From: the human T2T-CHM13v2.0 reference genome, Homo sapiens
Assembly (NCBI RefSeq): GCF_009914755.1
Contig: NC_060925.1
Reading direction: 5' to 3' (one strand)
DNA length: 64,000 nucleotides
Program-made: the position numbers and the translations under genes
Notes under the pieces: model-generated
What the model was told of the DNA's origin: nothing
Database searches by the model: none
What the model saw: the letters and a program-made list of their open reading frames with translations, nothing else
Shown: in pieces, positions 55,531 to 64,000 of the stretch
Layout: every line of letters starts with the position of its first letter
Position numbering within the stretch: position 1 is the stretch's first letter

Positions 55531-58019
55531 TCGAGAATTCTGACAGCCACAAATCCTAACCCACACCAAACTCTCCTCCAGATGCACCTCACCCTGCTGT
55601 ACTTCTAGGTCCTTGCGCCTGCAAAACCCTCTGCCAGGTATGCCTTTCTGCTTACTTTCTAGAACATTCCTATTCATCTTCAGGACCCAGCCCCCAGGCA
55701 CTTTCCTGATGGGCCCTCCCCCTCGCCCACAGTAAGGGTTAAGTTCATGTTCTCATTGCCATTACCCAATTCCAGCCATAAGCAGACTCAGCCTGTTTCT
55801 GGGTCCCTCCCCCGACTGGACCAGGAGCTCCTCAGACATCAGGATTGCAGTTGACTTGGCTGTGAGAGCCCAGGACCTGCACACAGCCGGGCCCAGCCTG
55901 GGTGCCTGCCAGCTAAACAAATGCTTTCTGGGTGGACACGAACTCATTGAGTGCCCAAGTCATTAACAGAAGCACGAGGTTAGCAAGCACCCTCTGTTTA
56001 AACAAATAATAAGATTAGAAGTATGGTAACATACTACTTACCACAGCATTTAATTTGAATCCATACTTACTAGAAATCGTGGCATCTGGACACTGAGTTT
56101 CCAAGTGTTTACTAAAAGCGGCAATAGCCTGTGATCGTCAAAATTTGAATAGTTCTTTCTCAAGGACTGTTCCCTTGCTACCTTGAGACTAGGAATGTCT
56201 GTAAAAAAAAAAAAAGAACACATTTGTTATAATACTTCTTGTAAATACTTGTGTTGGAAAGAATACACTTATTAAAATACTTCCTATATTCCTGTAAATC
56301 CTGGTGTTTGTTCATGTGCAGTTGTAAACCTGTGTTTGTCACAGGATGCTGTGTACACTCTCTGATATTTTTCTAATTCAGCTACTGATACAGAAGAACT
56401 GTGCAGCTTCTTAGTAAGCTAGGAATATTTAAAGGCTGTCTTCCTTGTTCATGATCTATGCAAGTAAAAATTAACGAATTTTGAAACAAGGTGGGGTCTC
56501 ATTCTCTACCAGCTGTAAGCTTGGTGAGGGCAAGGAAGGTAATGGGATCCTCATTCGCTGAGGCTTCCCTAGCATGGGGTCTGCCCGCAGCGGCAGATGC
56601 TTGTTGATGGAGGCATGAGCGAACCTTGGCATGTACAGGCCAGGATTCCCTCCACCAAACTCAACTGCACCTCCTCCCACCATGAGAGTGTATGGCTGGG
56701 CCTGAGGCCTGCCAGTTGATTTCACTGTGCTGGGAGGAATCTAGTTCACACTCAGCCTGGGTACTGCGCTGTGAATGTCCTCACACCAGGCAGCCCTATG
56801 AGCATGGCACTGGGATGCCCAGTGATGATACAGGGGAAACAGCTGGATCATTGAAATGTGCAGTTTTCACTTGACTGTTTGGCAAAGACCCTAAGACCCT
56901 GAATAAGTTGTTTAGCTTCTTTGGGCCTCGGTTTCCTCACCTATGAAATGGGTATCATAATATATTTTTGTAAGATAGCTCTCCAAAGACTAGTGGCCCT
57001 ATTTGACTGCCAAAGTCCAGACAAGTGTTGCTGACTCCCCACTGCCCTCATCCTATCTTGGCCTTTGACATCAGAGTAGAGAATCAAGAAAAAGGACCTT
57101 GTCCCCACTCTGATTAAATCCATGATTGCTCTGCTCAGACATCTCAGAGCCCGATGTGATGGGAGGTTTCGAGACTATGCCAGACTCCGTTGTTCTTAAC
57201 CCCCAGTGCAGATAGCCAATGTGTGTACCTGGCCTGAGCACAGCGGCTGCTTGGCATGTTCCTTCCTTCACCCTTCCAGGTTGAAGCCATCCTGGCAGGT
57301 GCCTCTGTGTGACTGGGTGCCAAATGGCAACCCGCTCCTCTCCATTGATGACGTTAACCTTCACATCTCAGGGCTTCTCTTGTAATATCCATGCATTCCA
57401 TGGATAGTTACTAAGAGCATAGCACGTGCAAGTGCCAGTTAGCACTGGGAATATAGGAGAACAAAATTAGTTCTGCCCTCACGGAACCTGCATTCCAGCG
57501 GGAAGGGGGTGGATGTTTTTGGGTAGAGACACACAGGCACCTGGGGTCTGTGAGGTTGACAGAGTCTGATTCCTGGTCTGCAGGCTTTTGATGCTCACTC
57601 CTGGAAGTCAATATCCATCTTCAAGTCTGCCTCCCTAATGCCCAGTTTCAAGTTTCTGGGGGAATTAATGAAGATAATGCTGTACGGTGTCTGATATGGT
57701 GCTGGGCACATCCCGGGTGCTTGGAAGTTGTAGATCTCTTTCTCTTTCCAACACAGATCTTTTTGTGTCCCCCTTCCTGTGTCTTCCTCTTTGCCCTGAT
57801 TTTCAGGCAGAGCAGGAAGAGGGGCCCTTTGTACTTAGGGCTGAAGGCAAGCCACTTCTTTGGTTTCAGGGACAGCCTGCTGAGGGAGGTGGCATAGGAG
57901 GAAGATGAGACATACCCGGAGATCTTGGGAAAAAGGATGTTCAGTGCCTCTGCCCTCGCTGCCAATACTGAAGCAGAGGGAGGCAAGGCCCAGCCTGAGG
58001 TCTCCTTAAAGGTGAATGA

Positions 58020-58582
<563 letters not shown>

Positions 58583-60490
58583 TTAATTCAATGCATCAAT
58601 TAAAGACAGTGTAATGTCTGCTCTGGTCTTCAGCCTCAGCTTCTGTGTGTCGTTACCTCATCTGTTTGAGATCACTCACATCCTTACGTCTCTGCTCCTT
58701 TGTCCCCTTGCGTAACTCAAGGACAGGAGTAATTGACGTGAAACTTTTAAAAATTAATTTCGCTGCATATGTCACTGAGGGAGAGTGCAAGTCCTCCCAG
58801 CCATTTATAACGTCACGGTGATTGGTCCTGACAAAACAATACCTTAAAAACTCACCAAAGTAAATTATGGCCCGAGCAAATGGCTGCTCCGTGGCAGGGC
58901 CGGAGGCTTGGAGGAGAGCCAGGCAAAAACAAAGTAATGTGCTTTTGATATTAATAACAGAGATGATATTGATCTGCAAGCTAGTGTCACTTCTCCACTC
59001 TGGCGAGGAGATTGCTCCCGGCATTTAGTCCACTGAAAGCCACTTTCCATTCAGGCCATTTAATTTTGTGAGTCTTTAATTATGTGAAATGGAGTCTAGT
59101 TAAAGGGCCAGGTCCCAGTTTTGCCAGGCGGAGACGTGGGCTGTGATTCAGGAAGCTGTCAGAAATGAATATAACTCAATTCTTAGACCTGCAAATGCAG
59201 TAGTCTTTCTAAATGTTTATTTCATCCCTGCACTTCTCTGGCCTGGTGCCATTGTGCATCAGGACAGACACAGACTCTGATTACAGGATCACATTTTTCA
59301 AAGACCTGAAGTTAATGTGCCTGTTTTCTGCATAATAAAAGTCATAACTCACAGGGACCTCCAATGCCTCTCCCCTGAAAGGGGGCCTAGACAGACTGCA
59401 GGAGGGCTGAACATTCCAGCCTGGATAGCGTGCCCTGTACCTGGCCCAGTTTTGGACATTCAGTCTCCCTGCGGAGCTGTGACGGAACATGCTGGCAGAC
59501 CACAAGTCAGACCACAGGCCAGCCCGTGGGGCAGATTATGTATCAGAGGTTCACGAGACAAATTGGGAAGAAACCCACATATAAGACCACAGTGATGTCC
59601 ATGGCTTCTGATTTAGGCTTCAGGGAATGTCATCACTACAGCTCTATACCTTGGATTTATCTAAGTATCTTTCCTTGGGTCAGATCCGGTCAAAGTCTCT
59701 TTCTCCCTTTCTCTTGTGCATATAGTCCTGTCTCTGTGTGTCCCTATGTTCCAGAAAGGCAACCTTTCATCTATGTGTATATTTGAGCAACATACACATT
59801 GCTTGCAAGCTCACCACGATCCTAGAATCACTATTGGTCTCTGCTTTACAATTGTTCCTCATGTTGGCTGCTGTGTCCCCTTTTCCATATAAAATCTCTC
59901 CTGAGTGTGACTAAAGGCCCTCTTGTTGAAATGCATTTTCAGAGTTTAGAGCTCAGCCTGCCTGGGCTATCCTGCTGTTGTTCTAGTTGACACTGAGTGG
60001 TGTTCCATGATAGGAACCGCCTGGAGATATACAGACTACCCCTGCCTTCTCCTGTCCTGTAACACTCTCCAGTTGCCTGGACCCTCAAGACTTTCTTACA
60101 AAGAGGGGTCAGTATAGAATAGCATGTCTCAAAACTTGGCTCTCTGACAACTCCTCCTCTCCAGCCAAGGATTGAGACCTAAAATAATTAGAACCGCAGA
60201 GACAAAATGCTGTATCATCTCCACACTTTACTCACAGGAGGATGCACCAGAACCTTGCTCAGAGTCCCTTTCTCTTATGTTATGAATAGTTTTGACAGTC
60301 TTCATTATTATTTGTGTAGCCTACAGAGGATTTAGAAGTAGAAAAAAGAGGTGGAGAGTGGCTTCTAGAAGTAAAAACACCCAGAGCAGCAGCTGAAAGT
60401 GAAGGAAGAGAGAACTTTAAAAGCACACAAAGTAACTCAATATGAGAGGTCTTCAAAAACTTCATGAAAATGTGTATTAAGAAAAAACTA

Positions 60491-60799
60491 GTCCAGGTGC
60501 AGCAGCTCACACCTTTAATCCTAGCACTCTGGGAGGCTTAGGTGGGCAGATTGCTTGAGCCCAGGAGTTCAAGACCAGCCTGGGCAACATCGTAAAACCC
60601 CTTCTCTACAAAAAATAGAAAAATTAGCTCAGTTTGGTGGTGGGAGCCTATAGTTTCAGCTACTCAGGAGGCTGAGGTGGGAGGATTACCTGAGTCCGGA
60701 AGGTTGAGGCTGCAGTGAGCCATGACTGTGCCACTGCACTCCAGTCTGGGTGACAGAGTGAAACCCTATCTTAAAAAAAAAATGAAAAAGGAAAAAAAT
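60491..60799 (+). mobile_element. AluJ inserted in the HSMAR2 5' region
   Basis: J-type diagnostics; TSD gaaaaaacta at 60481-60490 and 60800-60809. Confidence 0.92.
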
Positions 60800-60942
60800 G
60801 AAAAAACTATAGATGGATTTCAAAATCTTTTTGCACCAAAATAAACCCGCACTAACTTGTTATAACATGTCTGAACAGGATCTATTTTGAGGCACTAAGA
60901 AGGATAAGACATCAGCTTGAAAAGAGCCCCTATCAAAGCAAC

Positions 60943-61995
60943 ATGAATTTTGCTAAAATTGAAGCAAGAACAAACATCAAATTTATGGTGAAGCTTGGGT
61001 GGAAGAATGGTGAAATCATTAATGCTTTACAAAAAGTTTAGGAGACAATACCCCAAAGAAATCAACAGTTTACAAATGGGTAACTGGTTTTAAGAAGGAT
61101 GAGATGATGTTGAAGTTGAAGTCCTCAGCTGCAGACCATCCATATCAATTTGTGAGGAAAACATTAATCTTGCTCATGCCCTAATTGAAGAGGACGAGTG
61201 ATTAACAGCAGAAACAATAGCCAACACCATAGACATCTTAATTAGTTCAGCTTACACAATTCTGACTAAAAAATTTAAGTTGAGCAAATATTCCACTTGG
61301 TGAGTGCCAAAACCATTGTATCCAGATCAGCTGCAGACAAGAGCAGAGTTTTCAATGGGAATTTTAAACAAATGGGATGAAGATCCTGAAGCATTTCTTT
61401 GAAGAATTGTAACAGGAGATGAAACATGGCTTTACCAGTACAATCCTGAAGACAAAGCACAATCAAAGCAATGGCTACCAAGACGTGGAAGTGGTCCAGT
61501 CAAAGCAAAACTGGACCAGTCAAGAGCAAGGTCATGGCAACATTTTTTTTGTGATGCTCAAAGTATTTTGCTTGTTGATTTTCTGAAGGGCCAAATAATG
61601 ATAACATCTGCTTATTATGAGAGTGTTTTGAGAAAGATAGCCAAAGCTTTAGCAGAAAAATGCCTGAGAAAGCTTCACCAGAGAATCCTTCCCCACTATA
61701 AGAACATTCCTGCTCATTCCTTTTGTCAAACAGGGCCAATTTTGCAAGAGTTTCAATGGGAAATCATTAGGCTTCCACCTTACAGTCCTGATTTGGCTTC
61801 CTCTGACTGCTTTTAGTTTCCCAATCTTAAAAAAATCTGTAAAGGGTATCCATTTTTCTTCAGTTAATAATGTAAAAAAGACTGTATTGACATGGTCAAA
61901 TTCCCAGGACCTGTAGTTCTTTAGAGATGGACTAAATGTCTGGTATCATTGCTTACAAAAGCAACTTGACCTTGATGAAGGTTATGTTGAGAAAG
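60943..61995 (+). pseudogene. Mariner (HSMAR2) transposase pseudogene
   Basis: Starts MNFAKIEARTNIKFMVKLGWKNGEII. The WVPK motif has W mutated to TGA; VTGDETWL at about 61409; HDNA decayed to HYKNI; YSPDLASSD is in ORF 61568-61816. Confidence 0.9.
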
Positions 61996-62120
61996 TTTAT
62001 ATTTTTCATTTTTATCTTTTAACTTCACATTTCCACAAACTTTTTGAAGTCTTCTCATCCAGGGAGGTTTCTCAAAGTATGTTTGAAAAACATCCCTATA
62101 GGGGAATGTAAGGGAAAGGG

Positions 62121-62549
62121 GTTGCTTTGTGTTGCAGAATAGCAGACTGAGACTGGTTATTTATGAACAACACAAATTTATTTGGCTCACAGTTCTGGAG
62201 GCTGGGAAATCCAAGAACATGGCACCAGGATCAGAATAGCAGACTGAGACTGGTTATTTATGAACAACCAAAGTTTATTTGGCTCACAGTTATGGAGGCT
62301 GGGAAATCCAAGAGCACGGCACCAGGATCTGGCAAGGGCCTTTGTGCCGTGTCATCCCATGGCAGAAGGTGGAAGGGCAAGAGAGTATGAAAGCAAGAGA
62401 GCAAGAGGAGGCAGACTCATTTTTATAACAAAGGCACTCTCATGATAATAATCTAATCAGCTCTTATTAGGCCCCACCTCCTAACACTGTTGCATTAGAG
62501 TTTAAGCTTCCAACACATGAACTTTGGGGGACACATAGTAACTATAGAA
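62121..62549 (-). mobile_element. MST (MaLR) solo LTR inside a hAT-Charlie-like fossil (about 62060-62780)
   Basis: atttatttggctcacagttctggaggctgggaaatccaag...cccatggcagaaggtggaagggcaagagag...ggccccacctcctaacactgttgcatt...ccaacacatgaactttggggg. Confidence 0.8.
62135..62328. repeat. 97-bp tandem duplication within the MST LTR
   Basis: cagaatagcagactgagactgg...ggcaccaggat occurs at 62135-62231 and 62232-62328 with few mismatches. Confidence 0.92.
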
Positions 62550-63184
62550 GGGATATACAATGAAATATGTTTAGGAAATGCTGGGTTAAAGAAAGCCAGA
62601 CAGGTTTCTTAGCTGCAGGAGATTTCAGTGCTCCTAATATGCTAACATGCACTGTGCCTCTGTAAAGGCAGGGGAATAAAATTCAAGTTTTCTTAAATGT
62701 ATTTACCCAAAAATATTTTTTCTCCTTTGGTCCCCACTCAAGAGGATTTTGAGAGTTTAGTATTCAGCTGAACACAGTCAGAGAAATACTGATATACCAC
62801 GACTCATGTTTGTACTGGCAACTGTAGTGGACACCATCTGTTTTTGGCAGCCATTGGCTCTCCTTGCAGAAACAGCCCTCCCCAATTTTTTTAGTACATG
62901 TGATGTAGTTGGGAGTTTATTCCTCAACTTCAGCAGTGAGCACATAAGCCATGCTAAGCCACTCATGACATTGCATCCCCTGGGCCACAATAACTGGTTT
63001 GAGGATAGGCACATAGTTTGATCACAGCCATGGAGATGCTATGGGACTTTGAAGGGAATTCTGGATAAGAGACAGTTTGACTCAAAAGCAAAGGATGTGA
63101 GGCTTGGAGCTGTGGCAGCCATTTTTCCAACACCTGGAGCTCAAGAAGTCAACCTGGAAGAGAACAGGGCTGTGAGGTGAAGAT

Positions 63185-63920
63185 AAACTGGATCTGTCTT
63201 TTGAAAAGATCGGTTTGGGTGCTGTGTGGAAATTAGTATTGGTAGAGGGATCTGGCATTGAGACCAGTTAGTCAGCAAGTAGTGGGACGAGATGAGAATG
63301 GCTTGAATTAGAGAATAGGCAGTAGAAATGGTGAGGGCTCTTTAGGAGGTAATAATCACTTGGGGAATGATTGGAGGGGATGAAGAAGCAGGAGAGAAAA
63401 ATGATGGCTTCCAGGTTTCTGACTTGCAAAACCGAAGAGATGGTGGTGACATCTGAAAGAGGACCAGGTTTGTTTTGGGAAAATGGAGTGGGAGGGAAGT
63501 CATGAGTTCATTTTGGTTGTATTTGATTTCAAGAGTGGTTGGGAACTCTTAAGTGTTGAGTAGGATTTTGACTTGAGGTCAGAGGAGAGCCTTGGATTGG
63601 CAATATCAATTGGGGAGACCTTGTCTTACGGAGGGTAGTGAGTTACCCATGACAATGCTACCCAAATGTATGTCTGGGACAGGAGGATAAAACTTCAAAG
63701 GAAACTGGTAAAGGAACCCTCAGAGAGGTAGAAGGGACAGAATGTTTAAAGTAGGAAGGAAAGGTCAACTTGCTGAGAATTAGAAGAGGATTGGAAAGTG
63801 TCCTTTGTGTTAAGAGATAAGAAGAACACTAGTACTTTTAGCCAGAGCTGTTCGGTAGAATAAAGGGCAAAAGTCAGATTATTGGGTGGAGGAAGGAGCA
63901 GGGAGGAGAGGAAGCAATCA
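63185..63920 (-). mobile_element. L2 LINE fragment
   Basis: ttttgaaaagatc...gagaccagttag...atgatggcttccaggtttctgacttg...gagttcattttgg. Confidence 0.6.
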
Positions 63921-64000
63921 GAGCAATAATAATAATAGCAAACAATGGCAAATAGGAAGTGAACACTTACTATGGGCAGGCCCTGTTCTAAGTGCTTTAT

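Larger units (their letters stand above)
60443..62057 (+). mobile_element. HSMAR2 mariner DNA transposon, full length, defective
   Basis: TA then left TIR tgagaggtcttcaaaaacttcatg; right TIR catttccacaaactttttgaagtcttctca. Transposase motifs lie between them. Confidence 0.93.

Overview
This is primate (probably human) non-coding genomic DNA; Alu J, S and Y elements are present. I found no host protein-coding gene, RNA gene or CRISPR array. Almost every ORF in the track is a chance or repeat-derived frame. The window is dominated by transposon fossils. (1) A complete but defective HERV-L provirus (5601-12128) has two MLT2A1 LTRs, a tRNA-Leu PBS, gag-pro-pol-dUTPase, no env and a 5-bp TSD, and sits inside an older LTR16/ERV3-16A3-type provirus. 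(2) A second, much older ERV-L body lies at about 16900-20925. (3) A full-length HSMAR2 mariner is interrupted by an AluJ. (4) There are also THE1, MLT2, MLT1, MST, LTR16 and LTR33 solo LTRs, hAT MITEs, about 19 Alus, and L1/L2/MIR pieces. Between the repeats are several repeat-free blocks rich in homeodomain and E-box motifs that look like developmental enhancers in a gene desert. The most unusual structures read directly from the sequence are: a ~115-bp insertion (34426-34540) with an 11-bp target-site duplication that is an inverted copy of DNA 1.1 kb downstream; a 21-bp exact duplicate of mutated ERV pol sequence; an exon-like minus-strand cassette (56071-56198); and loss of the DUX4-type motif from only one HERV-L LTR. 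I cannot support a claim of a wholly new biological system. Repeat subfamily names come from my recall of consensus sequences, and the boundaries of old elements are approximate.
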